This document shows positions 8,292-17,780 of a stretch of 64,000 nucleotides of DNA, piece by piece. Where the stretch lies: the NCBI GenBank assembly GCA_937989945.1, contig CALKIG010000141.1, forward strand, positions 7,035 through 71,034, read 5' to 3'. Made by a program: the position numbers and the translations under genes. The DNA comes from an uncultured Actinomycetes bacterium (GTDB lineage: Bacteria; Actinomycetota; Acidimicrobiia; Spongiisociales; ZC4RG35). A model generated the notes under the pieces. That model was not told where the DNA came from and did no database searches. It worked only from the letters and a program-made list of their open reading frames with translations. Each line of letters starts with the position of its first letter. Positions within the stretch are counted from its first letter, which is position 1.

Positions 8292-9541
8292 AGTCCATAA
8301 TGCCCCTGCTCACTCTTGAGGAGGCCCGCCGCAGGCGGCGTCCAGCCGTCACCGCCGAAGTCCTGGAACAGGCCCGCGACATCGTCGAGCAGGTCCGCAG
8401 CGATGGGGAGCCGGCTTTGCGTCGATTGGCCGAGAGATTCGGCGACACTCACGAGGGAACTCCCATAGTGATCGATCGCGATGAGCTCGCGAGCTCCCTG
8501 AATCGGATCGATGACGCCACCCGAGACCTTCTGAGACGAACTGCCGGTCGCATCGAGACCTTCGCCGGCAGCCAGCTCGAGACGCTCCGCCCGCTCGACA
8601 CCGAGGTCCCTGGCGGTCGGGCGGGCCATGAGCTGAAGCCGGTACGGTCCGTCGGAGCCTATGCCCCGGGTGGCCGTCACCCTCTCCCCTCGTCGGTGCT
8701 GATGACTGTGGTGCCGGCGCGGGTGGCCGGTGTTCGAGAAGTTTGGATCGCTTCGCCTCGACCCTCCGCTGTCACCTTGGCCGCTGCGTCGATTGCTGGT
8801 GCCGATGGGCTGTTGGCCGTCGGTGGTGCTCAGGCGATTGCCGCGCTCGCTTTTGGCACCGTCTCCCCGGCGGTGGACATGATCGTCGGGCCGGGCAACG
8901 CATGGGTGACTGCAGCCAAGAAGCACTTGTTCGGCGAGGTGGGGATCGACGGGCTCGCCGGCCCCTCCGAGATAGTCGTCATCGCCGACGAGCAGTCGGA
9001 CGCCGGTGTGGTAGCCGCGGACCTCCTCGCTCAGGCCGAGCACGACACCATGGCCGAGCCGATTCTCATAACCACCCACGAGCCCCTCATAGGTCAGGTC
9101 GAGGCCCAGCTGGCCCGCCAACTCCAAGATCTCGCCACGTCGAACGTGGCCTCAGCCGCGTTACAGAGGGGGTTCATGGTCTTGGTCGCATCCAGGGACG
9201 AAGCTGCGTCTCTGGCCGACCATCTCGCCCCCGAGCACCTCGCTCTCCATGTCGACCAACCGGACGCGCTTGCAGCAGACATCGACTCCTACGGCTCGCT
9301 CTTCATCGGAGCGCAGGCCGCTGAAGCCCTGGCCGACTACGGGATCGGCCCCAATCACGTGCTCCCGACCGGTGGCGGCGCTCGCTTCCAGTCCGGGCTG
9401 TCGGTAATGACCTACATACGCACCCCGACATGGCTACGGATCGATGACGCGGTCACCGCCAAGGATGCCGCGCATCTGGCTCGTCTCGAGGGCCTCGACG
9501 CACATGCTCGGGCCGCGCTGGCGCGAGCGGAAGCCCCCTAG
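8288..9541 (+). CDS. hisD: histidinol dehydrogenase
   Basis: 417 aa with HisD motifs (GAYAPGG, GPGNAWV, AGPSE, AQAEHD, GPNHVLPTGG). Last gene of the operon. Confidence 0.93.
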   Translation: MKSIMPLLTLEEARRRRRPAVTAEVLEQARDIVEQVRSDGEPALRRLAERFGDTHEGTPIVIDRDELASSLNRIDDATRDLLRRTAGRIETFAGSQLETLRPLDTEVPGGRAGHELKPVRSVGAYAPGGRHPLPSSVLMTVVPARVAGVREVWIASPRPSAVTLAAASIAGADGLLAVGGAQAIAALAFGTVSPAVDMIVGPGNAWVTAAKKHLFGEVGIDGLAGPSEIVVIADEQSDAGVVAADLLAQAEHDTMAEPILITTHEPLIGQVEAQLARQLQDLATSNVASAALQRGFMVLVASRDEAASLADHLAPEHLALHVDQPDALAADIDSYGSLFIGAQAAEALADYGIGPNHVLPTGGGARFQSGLSVMTYIRTPTWLRIDDAVTAKDAAHLARLEGLDAHARAALARAEAP

Positions 9542-10074
9542 GAGGCCAACTCCAGGAAACGATCGACCTCCTTCGTCGTTTGGAGCCTGACAACGCGGAG
9601 ATGGACTGCATCGGGCTCGGCGATGGCCTCGGAGTACTTCTGTCGGTAGTGGTCGTGGCGGGTCCATGCCCATCGGATGATGTTCTTCTCCGGGTCCAAC
9701 CTGGTGAAGTTGGACAGCGGCTCACGGTTTCCGTTCCACAACTCCTCGCGGGTGATCGCCCGCTTCACTGTTCGCGCAATGACGCGCCCCATGACCACAG
9801 CCCGAGACAAGTCGAGCCAAACGAGAGTGTCAGCCACCGGCCATATCAAATCCCTCATACCGAGACTCGTGTAGTTCCCGTCGATGACCCAAGATGGCTG
9901 CAAGGCGAAGTCTGCCACTCTCACGCGAAATTCGTCTTCGGGCAAAGGCTCCCAACCCTGCTGGTGATAGATGCTGTCAAGCTCGAGATAAGGGAAGTCG
10001 AGCTTCTCGGCGAGCGCTCTGGCCACGGTGGTCTTCCCGGAACCGGAGTTGCCTACGACGATGATCCGGTGCAT
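9538..10074 (-). CDS. P-loop NTPase / adenylate-kinase-like (topology modulation FlaR-like) protein
   Basis: 178 aa with Walker A in MHRIIVVGNSGSGKTT. Resembles the small AAA/adenylate kinase-like family. Its stop overlaps the hisD stop in CTAG. Confidence 0.7.
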   Translation of the reverse strand: MHRIIVVGNSGSGKTTVARALAEKLDFPYLELDSIYHQQGWEPLPEDEFRVRVADFALQPSWVIDGNYTSLGMRDLIWPVADTLVWLDLSRAVVMGRVIARTVKRAITREELWNGNREPLSNFTRLDPEKNIIRWAWTRHDHYRQKYSEAIAEPDAVHLRVVRLQTTKEVDRFLELAS

Positions 10075-10113
10075 CGGCGATTCAGGTTAAATGCCCGCGT
10101 TCTCGTTGTAGCG

Positions 10114-13100
10114 CTACATATTGCGGCGGTACTGGCCACCGACGTCGTATAGGGCGTTGCTCATCTGGCCGAGCGAGGCCACCTTGGCGGTTTCCATCAG
10201 CGCCGCGAACAAGTTCCCGCCGTTAATAGCGGCTTCCTGGAGGGCCATGAGAGACTCCTCGGCCCGAGAAGCGTTTCCTTCCTGGAAGGCCCTGAGATTG
10301 GCAATCTGACGATCCTTGGCCTCGTCGGTGGAGCGGATCAGCTCGGTCGGGATCACGAATGGCGAGCCCTCCTTGGAGAGGAAGGTGTTGACCCCGACAA
10401 TCGGATATTCGCCTGACTCCTTCTGCTGCTCGTAGTACAGAGACTCTTCTTGGATCTTGGTGCGCTGATACTGCCGCTCCATCGCTCCGAGCACTCCCCC
10501 GCGACTGTTGAGCCGCTCGAACTCCAGCAGCACGGCTTCCTCGACGAGATCGGTCAGCTCCTCGATGATGAACGAGCCTTGGAGCGGGTTCTCGTTCTTG
10601 GCCAGCCCGAGCTCCCGGTTGATGATCAGCTGGATCGCCATCGCTCGTCGCACCGACTCTTCGGTGGGAGTGGTGATCGCCTCGTCGTAGGCATTGGTGT
10701 GCAGCGAGTTGCAGTTGTCGTAGATCGCGTACAAAGCCTGCAATGTCGTGCGGATGTCGTTGAAGCTGATCTCCTGGGCGTGCAGGGATCGACCGGAAGT
10801 CTGAATGTGGTACTTGAGCTTCTGTGATCGATCGTTACCGCCGTACTTGTGTTTGATCGCCTTGGACCAGATCCGACGGGCCACCCTCCCGATCACGGCG
10901 TACTCGGCGTCGATCCCGTTGGAGAAGAAGAAGCTGAGATTGGGTGCGAAGTCGTCAATGTCCATCCCCCGCGCCAGGTAGTACTCCACGAACGTGAAGC
11001 CGTTGGCGAGGGTAAAGGCAAGCTGCGTGATCGGATTAGCTCCGGCCTCGGCCATGTGATAGCCGCTGATCGACACCGAATAGAAGTTGCGAACGTCGTG
11101 GTCGACGAAGTACTGCTGGATGTCTCCCATCATCCGCAGGGCGAACTCCGTGGAGAAGATGCAGGTGTTCTGCGCCTGGTCCTCCTTGAGGATGTCTGCC
11201 TGGACGGTCCCCCTCACCCGGGCCATTGTTTCCAGCTTGATCTTCTCGTAGACGTCGGATGGAAGAACCTGATCACCGGTGACTCCGAGCAGCATCAACC
11301 CAAGGCCATCGTGGCCTGGGGGCAGCTCACCGTGGTATTGGGGGCGGGAGCGCCCGGCATAGATCTCCTCGATCCTGGCATCGACCTCTGCCTCCAGCCC
11401 GTTTGCCTTGATGTGCTTCTCACACGCCTGATCGATCGCCGCGTTCATGAAGAAGGCAAGAATCATGGGCGCCGGACCATTGATCGTCATCGACACCGAT
11501 GTCGTGGGATCACTGAGGTCGAAACCCGAATACAGCTTCTTCGCATCGTCCAGCGTGGCGATGGAAACCCCAGAGTTGCCCACCTTCCCGTAGATGTCCG
11601 GCCGTTCATGCGGATCTTCGCCGTACAGGGTCACCGAGTCGAAAGCGGTCGACAGGCGCTTGGCCGGCTGGCCTTCAGCGAGATAGTGGAATCTACGGTT
11701 GGTCTGCTCCGGGGGCCCCTCGCCGGCAAACATCCGGGTGGGATCTTCGGTCTCCCTCTTGAATGGGAAGACGCCTGCCGTGTAGGGGAACTCGCCGGGC
11801 ACGTTTTCCTGGAGCAGCCATTGCAGCCGGTCGCCCCAGGAGCGGTATCGAGGCAAGGCCACCCGCGGGATCCGGGTGTGACTCAGGGTCTCCCGATGCA
11901 AGGGCACTTTGATCTCCTTGCCCCGCACGTGATAGACGAATTCGTCGCCGGCGTACTCAGCCACCAGACCGTCCCAACGCTCGAGCGCCCTGCGGTTCTC
12001 GGCTGTCACCCCTTCGGTTGCATCGGAGAGGACGTCCGCAGCTACATGCTCCCGGGCGCCTTCCAGGCGGTAGAGACGTTCCGCTGCGTTCGCCTGCTCT
12101 TCGACCCAGCGGTCGTATCTCTCTATCTCCTCGACTATCTCAGCCAGATATCGCGCCCGGCTGGGCGGGACCACATGATGCTTCCCTTCATCTGCGGTGT
12201 TCAGTGTCATGGTCGAGTCGAGACCGAGCTTTTCGACAAGGGCTAGGTAGAAGCGGTTGGTGCCCGGATCGTTGAAGTCCGAGGCGACCGTGAGGTGGAT
12301 TGGCAATTCGTCATCAGAAGCCTGGAAGGCGAGATGGTTTCGCTTCCACTGTTTGCGGACATCGCGCAAGGCGTCCTGGGCGCCTTGCTTGTCGGCTTTG
12401 TTGATGGCCACCAGATCGGCAAAGTCGAGCATGTCGATCTTCTCCAATTGCGTCGCCGCCCCGTACTCCGGGGTCATGACGTACATGCTGTGATCGGACA
12501 GGTCGACTATCTCGGTGTCGGACTGGCCAATACCGGACGTCTCCAATAAGACGAGGTCGTAACCGGCGGCTTTGACGATGTCAACGGCGGACTGGACGTA
12601 GGGCGACAGGGCGAGGTTGGGTTGACGTGTGGCCAGAGATCTCATATAGGCGCGCGGGTGCGGAATGGAATTCATCCGAATGCGGTCTCCGAGGAGTGCG
12701 CCGCCGGACTTTCTCTTCGACGGGTCGACCGAGATGATGGCGACTGTCTTGTCTTCGAAATCGGCCAGGAGCCGTCGCACCAGCTCGTCTACCAGACTCG
12801 ACTTCCCCGATCCCCCGGTGCCGGTGATGCCGATGACGGGAGCCTCGGAGCTCCGCGCACGCGCCGAGAGATCATCGAAGACATCTGTGTACTTGTCGGG
12901 GTAGTTCTCGGCCGCTGAGATCAGGCGAGCGACGACCGCGCGATTGTCCACTGACAGGTGTTCGAGCTCTGACCCGTTGAGCTCGCCGAGTGGGAAGTCG
13001 GATTTCTCGATCATGTCGGCGACCATCCCGGTGAGGCCCATCTCCCGTCCATCGTCGGGCGAGTAGATACGCGTGACCCCGTACTCTGCGAGGGCATCAC

Positions 13101-13446
13101 CCTCCTCTGGGAGGATCGTGCCCCCTCCCCCGCCGAACAGCCGAATGTGAGTGGCGTCACGTTCGACCAGGAGATCCCACATGTAGCGGAAGAATTCGTT
13201 GTGGCCGCCCTGGTAAGAGGTCACCGCTATGGCATGGGCGTCTTCCTCGATGGCGGTCTCGACGATGTCAAGGCCGGTCCGGTTGTGGCCGAGATGAATG
13301 ACTTCTGCGCCCGAAGACTGGAGGATGCGGCGGAAGATGTTGATTGACGCGTCATGGCCGTCGAAGAGGGTCGTCGCCGTGACGAATCTGACATTGTTGG
13401 TCGGTGTGGCTAGATCCATTCGGGGCCGTCTCGCTGCCTCTTCCAT
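10114..13446 (-). CDS. icmF: fused isobutyryl-CoA mutase (B12-binding domain + MeaB-like GTPase + mutase barrel)
   Basis: 1110 aa. N-terminal B12-binding motif ([10 protein letters not shown]), central G-protein P-loop ([16 protein letters not shown]), and a C-terminal methylmalonyl/isobutyryl-CoA mutase substrate domain. The start could instead be ATG 13419 ([14 protein letters not shown]). Confidence 0.9.
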   Translation of the reverse strand: MEEAARRPRMDLATPTNNVRFVTATTLFDGHDASINIFRRILQSSGAEVIHLGHNRTGLDIVETAIEEDAHAIAVTSYQGGHNEFFRYMWDLLVERDATHIRLFGGGGGTILPEEGDALAEYGVTRIYSPDDGREMGLTGMVADMIEKSDFPLGELNGSELEHLSVDNRAVVARLISAAENYPDKYTDVFDDLSARARSSEAPVIGITGTGGSGKSSLVDELVRRLLADFEDKTVAIISVDPSKRKSGGALLGDRIRMNSIPHPRAYMRSLATRQPNLALSPYVQSAVDIVKAAGYDLVLLETSGIGQSDTEIVDLSDHSMYVMTPEYGAATQLEKIDMLDFADLVAINKADKQGAQDALRDVRKQWKRNHLAFQASDDELPIHLTVASDFNDPGTNRFYLALVEKLGLDSTMTLNTADEGKHHVVPPSRARYLAEIVEEIERYDRWVEEQANAAERLYRLEGAREHVAADVLSDATEGVTAENRRALERWDGLVAEYAGDEFVYHVRGKEIKVPLHRETLSHTRIPRVALPRYRSWGDRLQWLLQENVPGEFPYTAGVFPFKRETEDPTRMFAGEGPPEQTNRRFHYLAEGQPAKRLSTAFDSVTLYGEDPHERPDIYGKVGNSGVSIATLDDAKKLYSGFDLSDPTTSVSMTINGPAPMILAFFMNAAIDQACEKHIKANGLEAEVDARIEEIYAGRSRPQYHGELPPGHDGLGLMLLGVTGDQVLPSDVYEKIKLETMARVRGTVQADILKEDQAQNTCIFSTEFALRMMGDIQQYFVDHDVRNFYSVSISGYHMAEAGANPITQLAFTLANGFTFVEYYLARGMDIDDFAPNLSFFFSNGIDAEYAVIGRVARRIWSKAIKHKYGGNDRSQKLKYHIQTSGRSLHAQEISFNDIRTTLQALYAIYDNCNSLHTNAYDEAITTPTEESVRRAMAIQLIINRELGLAKNENPLQGSFIIEELTDLVEEAVLLEFERLNSRGGVLGAMERQYQRTKIQEESLYYEQQKESGEYPIVGVNTFLSKEGSPFVIPTELIRSTDEAKDRQIANLRAFQEGNASRAEESLMALQEAAINGGNLFAALMETAKVASLGQMSNALYDVGGQYRRNM

Positions 13447-13453
13447 TCTACGA

Positions 13454-13461
13454 GTTATAAT
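13454..13461. promoter_or_regulatory. overlapping divergent -10 boxes (TATAAT on + / TATAAC on -)
   Basis: GTTATAAT. TATAAT (13456-13461) ends 6 nt before the marR ATG 13468. Its complement TATAAC ends 7 nt before the icmF ATG 13446. This suggests two leaderless divergent transcripts. Found by eye only. Confidence 0.3.
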
Positions 13462-13467
13462 AGTTTG

Positions 13468-13965
13468 ATGTCAAAGTATTTCCTGGGCAGCACTCTGGAC
13501 GACCCCATAGCCGAGGCGACCCGCCAGTGGCGTGCCCACGGCTGGGAAGAAGCTGCACCGGGGATGGCAGCTGTCACCACGATCACCCGCGTCAACCGGA
13601 TACTCGTGTCGCGCATCGAGGAGGCGCTCAGCCCGTTTGGGCTCACGTTCGCCAGATTCGAGATTCTCAGGCTGCTCGGCTTTGCCCGGGACAATGAACT
13701 GCCAATGGGCAAGATCGGAGACAGGCTCCAGGTGCACCCGGCTTCGGTCACCAGTGCGGTGAAGCGACTGGAGCGAGACGGCCTCATCGAGAGGGTCCCC
13801 GCTGATCACGACAACCGAATCGTCCTTGCTCGCCTGCTACCGGACGGGCGCAAGACTCTCGAGCAAGCGACGAGGCGGATCAATGAGGTGTTCACGAGCC
13901 TCGAGCTGGATACCGCCACTCTTCAGGACCTGACCGCCCACCTCGCCGCCATAAGGAGCGATTGA
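13468..13965 (+). CDS. MarR family transcriptional regulator
   Basis: Winged-helix MarR pattern ([12 protein letters not shown]...[32 protein letters not shown]...D.R). ATG 13468 is preferred over the adjacent TTG 13465. Confidence 0.85.
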   Translation: MSKYFLGSTLDDPIAEATRQWRAHGWEEAAPGMAAVTTITRVNRILVSRIEEALSPFGLTFARFEILRLLGFARDNELPMGKIGDRLQVHPASVTSAVKRLERDGLIERVPADHDNRIVLARLLPDGRKTLEQATRRINEVFTSLELDTATLQDLTAHLAAIRSD

Positions 13966-14023
13966 CGCGCGATTCCATTCCCAGGTACAACTTGGAAAAA
14001 ACGCGACTAGATTGTGTGACGGG

Positions 14024-14326
14024 ATGGCTATCTACGAAGGACGAATGCAAGGCGACTCGCTGGACCTCAGCCATGTCACATTGCGACTGGACGACGACAA
14101 GCGGCTCCGCATTTTCGCCGGGCCGGTCGCGGTGGGCTCATGGCCGATGTCGCGAGTTAGCGCCGAAAGAACCTCGATCTACCGCTTCTCCCTCAACATC
14201 GATGGGGAGCTGTTCGAATTCTTCCCCGAGGACCCTCTCGGCTTCTCGGATGAAATAGGGGCGGTGGTCGACCTGACCAGGACCTCGCGATTCAGCCTGA
14301 AAGAAGCAATCGAGCGAACCCGCTGA
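14024..14326 (+). CDS. hypothetical protein
   Basis: About 100 aa ORF with no family I recognise. Third-position GC bias is consistent with coding. Start ambiguous (TTG 14012 or ATG 14024). Confidence 0.5.
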   Translation: MAIYEGRMQGDSLDLSHVTLRLDDDKRLRIFAGPVAVGSWPMSRVSAERTSIYRFSLNIDGELFEFFPEDPLGFSDEIGAVVDLTRTSRFSLKEAIERTR

Positions 14327-14388
14327 CTGAGCGGCTCGAACTCCCGCTCCTCGGCCGGCTCCTCTATCGCGTTGTCTACGGCTCGATC

Positions 14389-15096
14389 GTGGCCGCGTTC
14401 ACGATCGTCTCCCTCGAACTCCTGTACGCCGTCCTTCGGCCGTCACCAAGACAGGAGGAGTTTGACCCCTCGGACATCTTTGGCGACCCGGAGAACCCCC
14501 ACCTGAAGGTCGCGGTGCTGGGCGACTCGACGGTCACGGCTCCAGGAGTAGGGGGGCCGCATGAGATATGGGTGACCCATATCTGCCGGCGGCTGACGGC
14601 CGGATACTTCGTGGAGCTTCGCTCGTTCGCAGTAGGTGGCTCGATGGCTCACAATCTGATCGACGATCAACTAGGCCCTGCTCTCGACTTCGGGCCAGAC
14701 CTCGTGATCCTCTCGGTGGGTGCCAATGATGCTCTGAAAGGCGTGACACCCGTCCGATTCGAGCAAAACCTCGACCTGCTGGTGTCCGCATTCAGGGAGC
14801 AAGGGGCCGTGGTCGTCCAAAGCGGCGTGGGGGACCTCGGAACCATTCCTCGCCTGTTTCCACCCCTTGCCACGCTCCTGTCGCGAAGAGCACTCACTTT
14901 CAACGCAGCACACGAGCGTGTCGCGGCGCGGCATGGATCACACGTCGTGCCTCAGCGGCAGAGTCCTGTCGAGGTTTGGGACGAGCGGCATATGTGGTCG
15001 GATGATCTTTTCCACGTCAGCGCCAAGGGTCACGAGGTCTGGGGGGAGCTCGGATGGAGAACCGTCGCCGTGGCGATGGGGCTCGATGAATCTTGA
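14389..15096 (+). CDS. SGNH/GDSL hydrolase family protein
   Basis: Block I VAVLGDSTV (GDS), block III SVGANDA, block V DLFHVSAKGH (DxxH). GTG start after a partial hydrophobic N-terminus. Confidence 0.8.
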   Translation: MAAFTIVSLELLYAVLRPSPRQEEFDPSDIFGDPENPHLKVAVLGDSTVTAPGVGGPHEIWVTHICRRLTAGYFVELRSFAVGGSMAHNLIDDQLGPALDFGPDLVILSVGANDALKGVTPVRFEQNLDLLVSAFREQGAVVVQSGVGDLGTIPRLFPPLATLLSRRALTFNAAHERVAARHGSHVVPQRQSPVEVWDERHMWSDDLFHVSAKGHEVWGELGWRTVAVAMGLDES

Positions 15097-15505
15097 TCGA
15101 GACGGTGCGATCGGTCGGGCAGCCGCCTATCCCGTAGCCCATCTCGCCACAACGCGCCCCTCCGGAGCGCCTCACGTAGTGGCAATCACTTTTGCGATAG
15201 AGGCCGAGCGGCTGTACTCGATGGTCGACCACAAGCCCAAGTCGACGAGACGACTGCAACGTCTGGCGAACATCGAGGCGAACCCGCACGTGTCGATCCT
15301 GGTGGACCACTACGAAGACGACTGGGGCCGGCTGTGGTGGGTGCGAATCGACGGCGAGGCTCGAGTAGCTTCCGGGGGCGAGGCGTGGGAGAGCGCCAGG
15401 AGGGCGTTGTCGGCCAAGTATCAGCAGTACTCGGTGCGTCCGCCTGCTGGCCCGGCAATTGTCGTCGAGATCGGGAAAGTCAATTGGTGGGAGCCGGCTC
15501 GATGA
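15086..15505 (+). CDS. PPOX-class (pyridoxamine 5'-phosphate oxidase fold) probable F420-dependent enzyme
   Basis: 139 aa from ATG 15086: AHLATTRPSGAPHVVAITFA...DHKPK...RLANIEANPHVSILVDHYEDDW.RLWWVRIDG. Typical of the actinobacterial PPOX/F420 family. The ORF-track start at 14867 lies inside the SGNH gene. Confidence 0.75.
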   Translation: MNLDRDGAIGRAAAYPVAHLATTRPSGAPHVVAITFAIEAERLYSMVDHKPKSTRRLQRLANIEANPHVSILVDHYEDDWGRLWWVRIDGEARVASGGEAWESARRALSAKYQQYSVRPPAGPAIVVEIGKVNWWEPAR

Positions 15506-16034
15506 CCCCAGATTGGGTCGCGACGAACATCACCGGCATGTCGTGCGTCTCGACAGGAAGCTCATCCAGGAGGCGGCTGTCGATTGTCACACCGACCGAA
15601 ATCGCGTCGCTTCTCCTCGCCGCTAGCTCTCTGTCGTAGAAGCCACCTCCACGCCCAAGCCGATTTCCCGAGCGGTCAAAGGCCAGGCCGGGCACCAGGA
15701 AGACGTCGATCTCAAACGTCGGCACGATGGGACCCGACTCCAGAGGCTGTTCCATTCCCCATGCGTGGCGCTCCAAAGGCAGCCGGGCATCCCTCCAGGT
15801 GAGCGAACCATCATCTTCGACCCTGGGCAGGATCCAGCGCCACCCAGGAAGCATTTCGATCAGCCCATCCAGGGTCACCTCGTCTCCCAGAGCCCTGTAG
15901 CAGGCAATGGTCCCGGGGAGTCGCGGTGACAGCCATTCGAAGAGATGACTGACGACGTCCTCGCTCTGCTCCGGAGTCACCGCCGGCAGCTCCGACAGTC
16001 GATCGCGGATCTCTCGCTTGTCCACCGAGAGCAC
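15480..16034 (-). CDS. 5-formyltetrahydrofolate cyclo-ligase
   Basis: 184 aa with the diagnostic C-terminal motif VPGLAFDRSGNRLGRGGGFYDR. GTG start. Confidence 0.85.
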   Translation of the reverse strand: MLSVDKREIRDRLSELPAVTPEQSEDVVSHLFEWLSPRLPGTIACYRALGDEVTLDGLIEMLPGWRWILPRVEDDGSLTWRDARLPLERHAWGMEQPLESGPIVPTFEIDVFLVPGLAFDRSGNRLGRGGGFYDRELAARRSDAISVGVTIDSRLLDELPVETHDMPVMFVATQSGVIEPAPTN

Positions 16035-16059
16035 AATAGGCGGCAGCTAGCCTCCGACC

Positions 16060-16803
16060 ATGGCTTGGGTGCGGACCCTCTTCAGATCGGTCGTGACTTC
16101 GCTCGTGGGCTTCGTCGCAACTGTCATCGCCGTCCCGGTGGTCATGACCATCGCCTTCATCAACGAGACCTCGCCTTGGATCGATCGGGTGATCCGGGCG
16201 TGGAGCCGGGCCTGGCTCGCCGCATCGGGCACGCAGCTCACGATTGTCGGGCAAGAGGTGATCGATCCGAGCCGTTCTTATGTGGTCGTCGCGAACCACC
16301 AGTCGGCGCTCGACATCATGGCGTGCTTTCTCGCTGTCCCGCTTCCGATTCGCTACCTGGCGAAGAAGGAGCTCTTCCGGATCCCGCTATTCGCCCAAGG
16401 CATGAGGGCGGTGGGCATAGTCGAAGTCGATCGCAAGGCCCGGTCAGCGGTTCACGCCGAAGTCAACCGAAAATCGAAGGAGCTGGTTGAAAGAGGGCGA
16501 AGCCTCATCATCTACCCGGAAGGCACGAGGCCCCGGGACGGTGCTCTCGACCCGTTCAAGAAGGGCGCCTTCACCATGGCGATCGCCAGCCAGCTGCCCA
16601 TTCTTCCTGTGACGATCCATGGAACTTACGAGGCCTGGAAGCCCGGAACCCTTTGGATCCGCGGCGGCCCTGTGTCTGTGGTTGTCGACAAGCCCATCCC
16701 GACGGAGGGAATGACCCATTCGGATGCCGGTGACCTGACGAAGAAGGTGTACACGATCATCGCCAATCACGTGACCGAGATGGGCGGTTCGATCCGGGTC
16801 TGA
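16060..16803 (+). CDS. plsC: 1-acyl-sn-glycerol-3-phosphate acyltransferase
   Basis: 247 aa with LPLAT motifs NHQSALD (HX4D), AKKELF and IYPEGTR. Confidence 0.85.
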   Translation: MAWVRTLFRSVVTSLVGFVATVIAVPVVMTIAFINETSPWIDRVIRAWSRAWLAASGTQLTIVGQEVIDPSRSYVVVANHQSALDIMACFLAVPLPIRYLAKKELFRIPLFAQGMRAVGIVEVDRKARSAVHAEVNRKSKELVERGRSLIIYPEGTRPRDGALDPFKKGAFTMAIASQLPILPVTIHGTYEAWKPGTLWIRGGPVSVVVDKPIPTEGMTHSDAGDLTKKVYTIIANHVTEMGGSIRV

Positions 16804-16883
16804 GAGAGGGCCGCAACGGCTTGACCCGTCCCCTGGCCAGGTATTATCTCCCTGACTCAGTTTCGTTTCGTGGGGGTGGTGCG

Positions 16884-17777
16884 GTGCCTTCTCTGATCAT
16901 CCTTGCGTTGATCGGCCTGGCGGCTCAACTTGTGGATGGCTCCTTGGGGATGGCGTACGGCGTCACATCGACGACGCTGCTCGTGGCCTGGGGGGCATCT
17001 CCTGCTCTTGCCTCCGGCTCAGTGCATCTCGCCGAAGTCGGCACGAGCCTGATCTCGGGAGCCTCGCATTGGAGGTTCGGGAACATAGATCGCAAGGTCG
17101 TCCTTCGTCTCGGCGTCCCCGGTGCGGCAGGCGCCTTTCTCGGGGCAACACTTCTCTCCAACATATCGACAGCCGTGGGTCGGCCTGTGATGTCATCGAT
17201 CCTCCTCGTCCTCGGAGCCGTGCTCTTGATCCGTTTCGCGTTTCGGGGGCTGACCACACCGAAGTCGAATTTCGGTCGCAGGGGTCGCTTTCTCGCCCCG
17301 CTCGGTCTCATCGCCGGCTTCATCGACGCCACAGGCGGAGGTGGCTGGGGGCCGATCGCGACACCAACGATGCTCATCTCAGGTCGCACGGAGCTGAGGA
17401 AAGTGATCGGCTCGGTCTCCGCCAGCGAGTTTCTCGTTTCTGTCGCGGCCAGTGTGGGGTTCCTGGTGAACCTGGGCGGCGATGGAGTGGACTGGACGAT
17501 CGCGGCCGCGCTCCTTGCCGGTGGAGCGGTGGCGGCCCCGGTGGCCGCGTTGCTGGTGGCCCGGGTGAGACCAAGGATCCTCGGGACGGTGGTTGGTGGC
17601 TTGATTCTCATCACCAACGTCAGGACGCTCCTGATTCATTTCGAGGTGCCGGCGCCGGTGCCACTGCTCGTCTACGGGGTTCTCGCTGTGCTGTGGGCGT
17701 GGGCCGTGTTCGCTGCTGTTGTTGGTTCGAAGCGAGAGGCGGAGAGCGCACAACCGCCGGCTCCGGCGAACGCCTGA
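16884..17777 (+). CDS. sulfite exporter TauE/SafE family membrane protein
   Basis: Polytopic membrane protein with TauE-like repeats (GxxGGGGW..). The ORF extends to TTG 16821. GTG 16884, preceded by GGGGGTGG, is the likelier start. Confidence 0.8.
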   Translation: MPSLIILALIGLAAQLVDGSLGMAYGVTSTTLLVAWGASPALASGSVHLAEVGTSLISGASHWRFGNIDRKVVLRLGVPGAAGAFLGATLLSNISTAVGRPVMSSILLVLGAVLLIRFAFRGLTTPKSNFGRRGRFLAPLGLIAGFIDATGGGGWGPIATPTMLISGRTELRKVIGSVSASEFLVSVAASVGFLVNLGGDGVDWTIAAALLAGGAVAAPVAALLVARVRPRILGTVVGGLILITNVRTLLIHFEVPAPVPLLVYGVLAVLWAWAVFAAVVGSKREAESAQPPAPANA

Positions 17778-17780
17778 GCT

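Noticed and set aside
8174-9127. 317 aa minus-strand ORF across hisD
   Set aside because: Antisense to hisD. No motifs. High-GC artefact.
9538-9541. CTAG stop-stop overlap of convergent hisD and the P-loop kinase gene
   Set aside because: The overlap is real but trivial (4 nt convergent overlap). There is no evidence of regulatory meaning.
10849-12246. 465 aa + strand ORF inside icmF
   Set aside because: Antisense to the icmF mutase domain. No family resemblance.
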